Positions 1 to 7,579 of a stretch of DNA of 64,000 nucleotides are shown one piece after another (positions within the stretch are counted from its first letter, which is position 1; each line of letters begins with the position of its first letter). A program made the position numbers and the translations under genes. Origin of the DNA: Candidatus Aminicenantes bacterium (GTDB lineage Bacteria; Acidobacteriota; Aminicenantia; Aminicenantales; UBA4085); contig JAPKZJ010000108.1 of the NCBI GenBank assembly GCA_026393855.1, forward strand, positions 16,600 to 80,599. The letters run 5' to 3'. The notes below the pieces were generated by a model. That model was not told the DNA's origin, searched no databases, and saw only the letters and a list, made by a program, of their open reading frames with translations.

Positions 1-516
1 GGAACCGCCGCCGACGGGCCGGGTGAGGGTCGCCGGAAGGGCCCATGGACCCTCTCCGACGGTAAGGGCGATCTCTTCGAACCGATCCCGGGGCGCATAG
101 TCCGGAGGCCGATCCACGGCCGGCGGGCGGACGGGCACGAGCTGGAAACCGGTGATCCGGCCTTCCTTGTCGAAGACGACCCTTACATCCAGCGCGGTCT
201 TCTCGAACTCGCAGGTCACCAGGACGATGGCATAGGCGCCGAGCGTATCGCGGCGCGACGCGGTCCGCCGCCTGAACGAGCCCAGCCGCGAAGGGAGATC
301 CTTCCAGAACGCGGCCAGCTTGTCGGGGCCGGAGACGCCGCGCATCACGGCGTCGAAGTCGCGGGCGGCCGACTCGAAATCGCCCCCCGCCAAGGCGTCG
401 ATAAAGGCTTCGGCCTTAAGGATGAGCGCATCCGGCGCCCGGGATGTCCGGCCGGCCGCGAGGCCCGGCAGCAGGGCCGCCGCGAGAAGTCCCGCGGCCC
501 ATCGCAAATGAGGCAT
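1..516 (-). CDS. secreted protein, N-terminal part only (DUF3887-like domain; gene continues left of the window, probably into a hydrolase domain)
   Basis: My own minus-strand translation from ATG 514-516 gives MPHLRWAAGLLAAALLPGLAAG (signal peptide) ...EAFIDALAGGDFESAARDFDAVM...LAAFWKDL. A GAGGGAG Shine-Dalgarno lies 6 nt upstream. The frame stays open to position 1. It is absent from the ORF track because no stop lies in the window. Confidence 0.55.
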   Translation of the reverse strand, partial: MPHLRWAAGLLAAALLPGLAAGRTSRAPDALILKAEAFIDALAGGDFESAARDFDAVMRGVSGPDKLAAFWKDLPSRLGSFRRRTASRRDTLGAYAIVLVTCEFEKTALDVRVVFDKEGRITGFQLVPVRPPAVDRPPDYAPRDRFEEIALTVGEGPWALPATLTRPVGGGS

Positions 517-573
517 TTTCGTCTCCCTCGGAAATGTTGCGGCCGGTGCCGATCCGACCTTGCTCATACGTTC

Positions 574-641
574 GCGGCGCTGAAACCCCGATTTTCAAAT
601 CGGGGTCATAAGCGCCGCTCGGTATTAACCCTGTTAATACC
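574..641 (-). other. nested GC hairpins in the putative 5' leader of the 1..516 gene
   Basis: GCGGCGCT(574-581)/AGCGCCGC(611-618) encloses CCCCGATT(586-593)/AATCGGGG(598-605). This is followed by GGTATTAAC(621-629)/GTTAATACC(633-641). Confidence 0.4.
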
Positions 642-748
642 CCGGGCTCGGCTTCCGCCCCGGCGGTTCGACGACGGGGTTGCCGTCCTCATTTGCGAAC
701 GGATGAGGGCGGGCTTCAGCCCGGAGTATCGAGCGGGTTTATTGTAGC

Positions 749-793
749 GAAATTGACGGTTCGGAGCCAGGCCGCGACGGCTCCGTCAAATTC
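749..793 (-). terminator. imperfect hairpin spanning the stop codon of the CDP-alcohol transferase gene (weak terminator candidate)
   Basis: GAAATTGACGG(TTC)GGAGCC at 749-768 pairs with GGCTCCGTCAAATTC at 779-793. On the minus strand it is followed by A/T-richer GCTACAATAAA but has no clean U-tract. Confidence 0.3.
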
Positions 794-1478
794 GACGCTC
801 GCGGCGGACAAACAGAAATTCCCCGAGCTGGTAGAGGACGGCGATCGCGGCGCCTCCCAGGAGGGCCCAAATGCCCAGATCAACCCGGTCCGCCACTCCG
901 AAGACCGCGATGAACGCCATCAGCCAAGCCCTGTTTTCGGCCGTCTCCGCCATGCGGCCATCCTTGCGGTAGGCCTTGATCAGGTAAAACAGAGTCAACT
1001 CCAAGTAATAGAGCGTCATGGCCAGAAGGCCCAGCCCCAATTGACGAACGCTGCCGAAGCGCGCATATTGCCCGGCCGTCGCGGCCCCCAGAAGGGCAAA
1101 CTCGCCAACCCGGTCGAAGATGATATCGAGGGCCGCGCCATATTCGCTCTCCTGCCGGCGGGCGCGGGCCAGCATGCCGTCTGCACAGTCGATAATCGAG
1201 GACATCTGGGCCAGGATTCCGCCCGCAGCGAAAGACCAGCGTGTCCCCCCCAGGAAGAAGCCGGCCCCGGCCAAGCCGACCAGAAAGCCGGCCCAGGTGA
1301 CCTGGTTGGGGGTCAGCCGGGTCCGAAAGAGGGCCTTGACAAGGAGAGCGGCCAGAGGCCTGTTAAGGAACTTGTTGATCCGCAGGGCGGGCGGAGTCCA
1401 GCGGGCCTCCTCTTTGGCCACGGCCGTTGCGTAGTCGAAGTCAGTCGCAGAGGAGGGGGGCGATGCGTCTTCGGGCAT
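786..1478 (-). CDS. CDP-alcohol phosphatidyltransferase family membrane protein
   Basis: DCADGMLARARRQESEYGAALDIIFD matches the D-x2-DG-x2-AR-x8-G-x3-D-x3-D family signature. Several hydrophobic segments are present. An alternative GTG at 1419-1421 would remove the 38-nt overlap with the upstream gene. Confidence 0.85.
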   Translation of the reverse strand: MPEDASPPSSATDFDYATAVAKEEARWTPPALRINKFLNRPLAALLVKALFRTRLTPNQVTWAGFLVGLAGAGFFLGGTRWSFAAGGILAQMSSIIDCADGMLARARRQESEYGAALDIIFDRVGEFALLGAATAGQYARFGSVRQLGLGLLAMTLYYLELTLFYLIKAYRKDGRMAETAENRAWLMAFIAVFGVADRVDLGIWALLGGAAIAVLYQLGEFLFVRRERRI

Positions 1479-2181
1479 TCTCGTAATCCTCGGGCGTATC
1501 GATCTCGATCCAAGGCCGGCCGCCGGTCGCGATCAGGCCGAAAGCGTTCCGGCCGTCCTCGCCTTCCGCCGCCAACCGGTCGAATCCCGACTCGAAATAA
1601 TGGCTCCGCTCGCCGCGGGCCTCGAAGTCCTCGAAGACCCGGACAAGGTCGGCCGCCGTGGCCGCTCCGATCTTATTCAGGCCGATCGCTTCGCCCAAAC
1701 ATTCGGCGGGCGCGAGATGCTTCCCGATCCGGACGACGCGGCCGTCGCGGGCCGCAACCTTGACTTCCTCGGAGGCCAGGCGACTCGTGTCGTCCATGAC
1801 TACGACGTTCGTCCCCGGGTGGCGCAGGAGGTCGTCGAGCAGCGTCCCGTCGAAGACAACGTCGCCGTTGATCTGAAGGCCATCGAGCCCGGGCGAGACG
1901 GTCAGGGCGATCCGCAGGGACACGGCCGTATTGGTGTCCTCGTAGGCCGGATTGGAGACGAAGCGGAGGCCGGCCGTCCCGCTCCGCCGGGCCTCGGCCT
2001 CGACCATCTCGCTGCGGTATCCCGTCACGAGCAGAATGTCCTCAAGGCCGGCGGCGCGAAGCGCCGCCAGGCACCGCGCCAGAATCGTCCGGCCCCCGAC
2101 TTCAAGGAGGCATTTGGGGCGGTCGTCCGTCCAAGGCCGAAGCCGTTGGCCGCGGCCGGCGCAAAGAACGATGGCTCTCAT
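1441..2181 (-). CDS. nucleotidyltransferase (sugar/alcohol-phosphate cytidylyl- or similar NTP transferase)
   Basis: N-terminal MRAIVLCAGRGQRLRPWTDDRPKCLL is the G-x-G-x-R-L nucleotide-binding loop of the NTP_transferase family. The gene is 246 aa and co-directional with, and overlapping, the CDP-alcohol transferase gene. Confidence 0.8.
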   Translation of the reverse strand: MRAIVLCAGRGQRLRPWTDDRPKCLLEVGGRTILARCLAALRAAGLEDILLVTGYRSEMVEAEARRSGTAGLRFVSNPAYEDTNTAVSLRIALTVSPGLDGLQINGDVVFDGTLLDDLLRHPGTNVVVMDDTSRLASEEVKVAARDGRVVRIGKHLAPAECLGEAIGLNKIGAATAADLVRVFEDFEARGERSHYFESGFDRLAAEGEDGRNAFGLIATGGRPWIEIDTPEDYENARRRIAPLLCD

Positions 2182-2194
2182 GCGGGCGGCCTTT

Positions 2195-2923
2195 TCACAT
2201 TTTCCAGGTTCCGGCCACGGTCAGGTTGGTCCCGGTGATCCGGGCCGCCTCTGCCGAGGCCAGAAAGCGGACCGCCGCCGCGACGTCCTGTGGTGTGCCC
2301 AACGGATGCCGCGCAGCGTCGAGCCCCGACGGCCGAGCGCCGACCGTCAGCAGCCCCGGCGAGACCATGTTGATGGTGACGCCCCGGGCCGCTTCCGCGG
2401 CCCCGGCGGTGCGGGTCAGAAGGAGCAGTCCGGCCTTGGCCGCCGCGTAAGCCAGAATGCCGGGAAAAGCCGCCTCCTGTTCGACCCGGCCATAGCCGAA
2501 GAACACGACTCTCCCCCACTTCCGCCGGCGCATACCGGGCAGGACGGCCAAAAGGAGGCCGTGGGCCGAAACCAGGTTCGAACGGAACATGCCGTCCCAA
2601 TCGGCCGGGGTGAGCCGATCCCATCGCTTTTGCAGGAAAGGGCCGATCGTATGGACCAGGATATCGATGCGGCCGCAGCACCGCCGAACCCGGGCGGCCA
2701 GAGCGGCGGGACTGGCGTCCCGGTCCAGAGCGGCCCGGATCAGGAAGGCCTCGGCGCCGCCTTCCCGAACGCCGGCCGCAGCGCGGAGCGCGCCGGCCCG
2801 GTCGGCCCGGTATTGGATCGCGACCGCGGCGCACTCGCGCCCCAGGGCCGCAGCCACGGCTCCGCCGACGGCGGATGAGCCCCCCGTTACGAGAGCGATC
2901 CGATTCGTGCGCGCCTGGGACAT
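2195..2923 (-). CDS. short-chain dehydrogenase/reductase (SDR)
   Basis: This is the last 242 codons of track ORF 2195..3574, starting at ATG 2921-2923 (MSQARTNRIALVTGGSSAVG, a Rossmann TGxxxxG). YAAAK is the YxxxK catalytic motif. The upstream part of the track ORF is an antisense shadow of tdh. Confidence 0.85.
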   Translation of the reverse strand: MSQARTNRIALVTGGSSAVGGAVAAALGRECAAVAIQYRADRAGALRAAAGVREGGAEAFLIRAALDRDASPAALAARVRRCCGRIDILVHTIGPFLQKRWDRLTPADWDGMFRSNLVSAHGLLLAVLPGMRRRKWGRVVFFGYGRVEQEAAFPGILAYAAAKAGLLLLTRTAGAAEAARGVTINMVSPGLLTVGARPSGLDAARHPLGTPQDVAAAVRFLASAEAARITGTNLTVAGTWKM

Positions 2924-3034
2924 CGGTGATTCCGGGCTTAGTATCGCCGATCCCGGGTTTGATTTCAAACGGAGGGCTGTGCTATAAGAAGCGTCTTGCC
3001 GGCCGACCCCGCAAAATCCACGATCGAGGCGACC

Positions 3035-4015
3035 ATGACCCAGACTATGACCCGCATTCTTGTCACCGGAGCCTCGGGCCAGATCGGCACCGAGCTGCTC
3101 AAAGCCCTCCGCCGCAAGCATGGCGGAGCGAACGTCCTGGCTACCGACATCCAGCCGTTGGCATCGCCGGAGATCCGGGAATCCGGCCCCTTCGAGTCGC
3201 TCGACGTGACCCAGGCTGCCCGGCTCGACGAGCTCATCGCCAAATACCGGATCGACACGGTTTACCACTTGGCCGCCATCCTCTCGGCCACCGGCGAAAA
3301 GAACCCCCACCTGGCCTGGGACGTGAACATGAACGGCACGTACAACGTGCTGGAGGCTGCCCGCCTGCACGGGCTCCTGCGCGTCTACATCCCCTCCTCC
3401 ATCGCCGCCTTCGGGCCAGAGACGCCGCGCGACCGGACGCCGCAGGAGACCGTCCTGCGGCCGAAGACGATGTACGGCGTGACCAAGGTGGCGGGCGAGC
3501 TGCTGGCCGATTATTATGTCCGGCGCTTCGGTGTCGACGTCCGCGGCAGCCGCTTCCCCGGCATCATCAGCCACGAGACCCTGCCCGGCGGCGGGACGAC
3601 GGACTACGCGGTGGCCATCTTCTATGAGGCCGTCAAGAACGGCCGCTACACGTGTTTTTTAGGCCCTGAGTCGTGTCTGCCCATGATGTACATGCCCGAC
3701 TGCCTGAAGTCGGTCCTCGACCTCATGGAGGCGGATTTCGCGCGGCTCCGGCATCACGCCGATTTCAACCTAGCCGCCATGAGCTTCACCCCGGCCGAAC
3801 TGGCCGCCGAAATCCGGCGCCACATCCCGGGCTTCGCGATCGACTACAAGCCGGACTTCCGACAGGCCATCGCCGACTCTTGGCCGCGGTCGATCGACGA
3901 TTCCGCGGCCCGCGCGGAATGGGGATGGTCGCCGGACTTCGATCTCTCCGCTATGGTCAAGGACATGCTGGCCGTCCTGGGCGCCCGGCATGCCGCGGGG
4001 AAGCTGAACTACTAG
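3035..4015 (+). CDS. tdh: L-threonine 3-dehydrogenase, SDR/epimerase-like type
   Basis: Start chosen at ATG 3035 (MTQTMTRILVTGASGQIG). Similarity to SDR-type TDHs runs end to end by eye (YGVTK, PGGGTTDYAV, LPMMYMPD, SWP..DDS..R.EWGW). The track ORF start at 2996 is possible but less likely. Confidence 0.82.
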   Translation: MTQTMTRILVTGASGQIGTELLKALRRKHGGANVLATDIQPLASPEIRESGPFESLDVTQAARLDELIAKYRIDTVYHLAAILSATGEKNPHLAWDVNMNGTYNVLEAARLHGLLRVYIPSSIAAFGPETPRDRTPQETVLRPKTMYGVTKVAGELLADYYVRRFGVDVRGSRFPGIISHETLPGGGTTDYAVAIFYEAVKNGRYTCFLGPESCLPMMYMPDCLKSVLDLMEADFARLRHHADFNLAAMSFTPAELAAEIRRHIPGFAIDYKPDFRQAIADSWPRSIDDSAARAEWGWSPDFDLSAMVKDMLAVLGARHAAGKLNY

Positions 4016-4207
4016 TGTCCCGTCTCATAAATTTCAATCCCATAATCTCCCTGGAGACGGGACACTTCCAGGGGGGAGACGAGCTCCCCCCTCGGCGCTC
4101 CGCTGACCCCCTGAGGTGGGCCTCGCCGCCCCCCTCATACTCCCCGGCGGTTGTGCGTCCAGCTTGCTTGGGACTTGGTCAATGAATATCCGAGACGCAC
4201 AACTAAG
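4011..4207 (+). repeat. family A structured GC-rich repeat, copy 1
   Basis: Homologous to 32609-32804 in the same orientation. Core 4047-4159 is 110/113 identical to 32645-32757. Hairpins: 4015-4026/4054-4065 (12 bp), 4071-4078/4084-4091 (8 bp), 4112-4120/4129-4137, and 4150-4159/4194-4203 (10 bp). The element is bracketed by ACTAG ... ACTAAG. Confidence 0.85.
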
Positions 4208-4810
4208 CTAGAAGCGCAGCGAAATCCCGGCCGCGGCGTCGAATCCGCCCAGGAGGATGTCGTCCTTTCGCTGGGTCGGGCCGATCTCCAGCCGGGAGAA
4301 GATCCCGAGAGGTCCGATCAGCGCGAAATCCAGGCTGGCCTCGAAGACCGCCCCGAATGAGGTCTTGTCGGCCATGAAGCCCGCCGCCGGCCAGGTCTCC
4401 CGGCAGGTCAGCCAGGCCGCCCCCGCCGCGGCGCCGAACGTCCAACGCCCCACAACCCACTCGTAGCCCACGCCCCCGCGGTAGGAGCGCAGCTCGAGGC
4501 GGACGCCGTAGGCCTCGCCGTCAAAGTTCGTTCCGATATCCGCCGCCTCGCCGTTCGCCCGGACGCTCCGGTATCCGGCGAAAACCGACCAGCCGCCGGC
4601 GAACTGGACCGAGGCCCGAGCCTGCAGGCCGAGCAAGGGGCTGCCGTAGATCTGTCGCAGAAGGCTTTCGCTGGGCAGGAAGGCCGAGGCGCCGAGAGCA
4701 AGGTTGAAGCGGGGACTCGCGGCCCGGACCGGAGCGGGCAGAAGAATCGCGGTAGCCGCCGCCAGGGCCAGAATCAGGCCGCCCGAGCGTTTCCGGATAT
4801 TCAGTTCCAT
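4208..4810 (-). CDS. small outer-membrane beta-barrel protein
   Basis: Start ATG 4808-4810 (MELNIRKRSGGLILALAAATAILLPAPVRAA signal peptide). It shows alternating beta-strand pattern rich in G/Y/F/A and ends in ...GISLRF (C-terminal Phe). It overlaps the upstream M28 stop by 10 nt. Confidence 0.7.
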   Translation of the reverse strand: MELNIRKRSGGLILALAAATAILLPAPVRAASPRFNLALGASAFLPSESLLRQIYGSPLLGLQARASVQFAGGWSVFAGYRSVRANGEAADIGTNFDGEAYGVRLELRSYRGGVGYEWVVGRWTFGAAAGAAWLTCRETWPAAGFMADKTSFGAVFEASLDFALIGPLGIFSRLEIGPTQRKDDILLGGFDAAAGISLRF

Positions 4811-6441
4811 GTGGCCTCCGAATCGGCGACCTCGATCGAATAGCGGCTTTCGCGCCCCTGCGCGTCCACCGCCGAGACCGCGTAATAATAAGTGACGCCG
4901 GCGTCCAGAAACCGGTCCATGATCTCGGTGGCGGTCTGGGGAGCCGTGGTCAGACGCTCGTAGGGGCCGCCGGGCGTCGTGGTCCGGTAGACGTGGTACC
5001 CGACGACCGCGTCGGAATTGGCGTTCCAGCGCAGTCCGACGGTCTTGGTCCGGATATAGAGGGACCGGCTGATGCGCGAACGGACGACAACACCCGAGGG
5101 CGACACCGGCGTGCTGGCGGGCCGAGCCAGCTCGGCCGTCGTGGCCAGGGAGGCCTGGACGGTCCGCAGGGCATAACCCATGGTCAGGGTGCTCAGCGTA
5201 TCCGTCGTCTTGTGATAGTAGGGGTTTCCGGGCTCCTCGTTTTCGATGGCGCAAAGGGCGGCGTAACCCGCGTTCCAGAACGGCGACTGGTCGCTGTACG
5301 GCCAGGAGGAGACGGCTACCGTATTGACCGTCAGCCCCGCGTAGGCGGAGGCGGCGGCGACAAAATGGCGGGCCAGATCGGCCGAGGGGGTGTTGCGAAC
5401 GATGTCGAGCATCCACGGCGAGCGGTCCGGGAAAGCGATCATATCCATATTGATCACCGCCAGAATGACCTCTCCCGCCGCCTGGGCCGCGGCGGCGTAG
5501 TGTTGGCTGCCGTAGAGCCCCCACTCCTCGGCCGAGAAGCAGATAAACTTGACGGTGTAGTCGAACGCCGACCCGGCCAGGACGCGAGCGATCTCCAGGA
5601 CGGCGGCCGTTCCGCTGCCGTTGTCGTCGGCCCCCGGCGCCAGGGTGGTGCGCTGGTTGCTCGTCGAATCATAGTGCCCGCAGACGATGATCTCGCGGTT
5701 CGGCTCGACCCGGCCGGGCAGTGTCGCGACGATGTTGCGGGTGGCGTAGCTGCTGAAAATGAACGGATCGTACTCCGTCCGGAGGCCGAGCCGGCTGAAG
5801 GCGTCGTAGAGATAAGCCCCCGCGGACTCGCACGCCGCCGTCGAGGCGTACCGCGTTCGGAATCCCTCCAGGTCGCTGATCGTCGCCGTCAAGCGGGCTT
5901 GCGAGACTTGGGCCACGAGCTGGACGATGGCCGGATCCAAGGCCCGCGCCGGAAGAGCGGGGAGAAGAGCCGCCGGCCCTCCCGCCTCGCGCAGCGGGAT
6001 GGCCGTGTCCAGGAAGACCCGGGCGATCTCGAAATCGGCCGGCAGAATTTCGCGGGCCTCCCTGTCGCCGGCCCAGAAGAGCGCCGTCGCCGCGTCCAGC
6101 CGGACTGTCCGCCCCAACCGCTCCAAGACCGGCCAATCCCCCTGGCCGCGGACGCGGACCAGAAAATAGGCTTTCTTGGCCGGCTGGGCGTCCAGGATCT
6201 CGAGCCCGACGCCCGCGTCGGCCAAGCGTAAAGCGGTCTCTTCCGGCAGGACGGCCAGCCAGGCGTCCTGCAACTCGGCCACGGCAAAGAGCCCGGGTCG
6301 GATATCGGGGGGAACGAGAGGAAGAGAGGCGAACTCGATCCGGACGAGGACCGCTTCCGTCGAAGCGGCGCCGAAGCCGAGGAGGCCCAGGAGGCCGGCC
6401 GAGCCCAGCAGAAGGAGGGCAAAAAGGCGCTTGGTGGTCAT
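4801..6441 (-). CDS. secreted M28-family aminopeptidase with C-terminal fibronectin-III-like domain
   Basis: It has a signal peptide (MTTKRLFALLLLGSAGLLG) and M28 zinc-ligand motifs (VCGHYDS, GADDNGSG, FSAEEWGLYGS, NMDM). The C-terminal ...GYHVYR....GPYERL...YYYAVSAVD resembles an FN3 domain. Confidence 0.85.
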   Translation of the reverse strand: MTTKRLFALLLLGSAGLLGLLGFGAASTEAVLVRIEFASLPLVPPDIRPGLFAVAELQDAWLAVLPEETALRLADAGVGLEILDAQPAKKAYFLVRVRGQGDWPVLERLGRTVRLDAATALFWAGDREAREILPADFEIARVFLDTAIPLREAGGPAALLPALPARALDPAIVQLVAQVSQARLTATISDLEGFRTRYASTAACESAGAYLYDAFSRLGLRTEYDPFIFSSYATRNIVATLPGRVEPNREIIVCGHYDSTSNQRTTLAPGADDNGSGTAAVLEIARVLAGSAFDYTVKFICFSAEEWGLYGSQHYAAAAQAAGEVILAVINMDMIAFPDRSPWMLDIVRNTPSADLARHFVAAASAYAGLTVNTVAVSSWPYSDQSPFWNAGYAALCAIENEEPGNPYYHKTTDTLSTLTMGYALRTVQASLATTAELARPASTPVSPSGVVVRSRISRSLYIRTKTVGLRWNANSDAVVGYHVYRTTTPGGPYERLTTAPQTATEIMDRFLDAGVTYYYAVSAVDAQGRESRYSIEVADSEATWN

Positions 6442-6592
6442 GGGAAGGGATCCTTAATCATGCTCCCGTCATTATTATATACGATCCAGATGAAGGAATC
6501 CGCCACACCGGGAGGCGGCCGGCCTTGCCAGCCTGAAATCCTTTTGCCAAGTTCACGACAACATGTTATACGATGCGGGAAAGGAGTCCGCC

Positions 6593-7579
6593 ATGCCTCT
6601 GCCGCTTTTTTTCGCCGCTCTTCTCCTGGCCCCGTCGCAAGCGGGCCCGGCCCCTGCCGTCCGCCCGGCCCACACCTTTTCGATCGTCGCCCGGGACAAG
6701 GCGACCGGCGAGATGGGAGTCGCCGTTCAATCGCATTGGTTCTCGGTCGGATCATCCGTGCCTTGGGCCGAAGCGGGTGTCGGAGCCGTGGCCACCCAGT
6801 CTTTCGTCGAGGCCTCTTACGGACCTCTCGGGTTAGACCTGATGCGAGCCGGCAAATCGGCGGCCGAAGCGCTGGCCGGGCTCATTCGAACGGATGCGGA
6901 CGAAGCCGTCCGGCAGGTCGGCATGGTGGATGCGACCGGCCGTGCGGCAGCCCATACCGGGCGCAAGTGCATTGCCGCGGCGGGCCAATTCGTCGGCGAC
7001 GGCTTCACCTGCCAGGCCAACATGATGCTGAAGCCGACGGTCTGGAGGGCCATGGCCGACGCGTTTCAGTCCGGCAAGGGCGAGCTGGCGGACCGGCTGA
7101 TGGCGGCCCTGGAAGCGGCCCAGCGCGAAGGCGGCGACATTCGCGGCCGGCAGTCGGCCGCCCTGATCGTCGTCAAGGCGAAGGCCAGCGGAGCGCCCTG
7201 GAAGGATCGCGTCTACGATCTCCGGGTCGAAGACGCAGCCGACCCGATCGGCGAGCTCAAGCGCCTCCTGCGGCTGGCCAAGGCCTACAACCACATGAAC
7301 GAGGGCGACGCCCGGCTGACCGCCGGCAAGACGGACGAAGCCATGAAGGAATACAGCCTCGGCATGGGGATCTATCCCGACAACCCGGAGATGATCTTCT
7401 GGCCGGCCGTAACCTTGGCGGCGACGGGCAAGGTCGCGGACAGCCTGCCGCTCTTCCGCCGCGTCTTCGCCATCGATTCGAACTGGATGGAGTTGCTGCG
7501 GCGGCTTCCCGCGGTCGGCCAATTCCCGGCCGATCCGGCCTTGATGAAGCGGGTCCTGGCGGTCGGGCCGGTTAAATGA
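6593..7579 (+). CDS. DUF1028-family Ntn-hydrolase-like secreted protein
   Basis: Start ATG 6593 is preceded by GGAAAGGAG. After a signal peptide, the HTFSIVARD..TGEMGVAVQS N-terminal nucleophile region is typical of DUF1028. The track start at 6563 lacks an RBS. Confidence 0.78.
   Translation: MPLPLFFAALLLAPSQAGPAPAVRPAHTFSIVARDKATGEMGVAVQSHWFSVGSSVPWAEAGVGAVATQSFVEASYGPLGLDLMRAGKSAAEALAGLIRTDADEAVRQVGMVDATGRAAAHTGRKCIAAAGQFVGDGFTCQANMMLKPTVWRAMADAFQSGKGELADRLMAALEAAQREGGDIRGRQSAALIVVKAKASGAPWKDRVYDLRVEDAADPIGELKRLLRLAKAYNHMNEGDARLTAGKTDEAMKEYSLGMGIYPDNPEMIFWPAVTLAATGKVADSLPLFRRVFAIDSNWMELLRRLPAVGQFPADPALMKRVLAVGPVK

Noticed and set aside
574-618. The hairpin 586-605 has a 7-nt loop TTTCAAA that mimics a tRNA-Sec anticodon loop (U-UCA-A). 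A GGTTCGAC T-loop-like string follows at 664-671.
   Set aside because: The 8-bp stem 574-581/611-618 closes directly around the hairpin, leaving no room for a D-arm. The GGTTCGA segment cannot form a 5-bp T-stem with a 7-nt loop. No acceptor stem or CCA context exists. No cloverleaf can be drawn.
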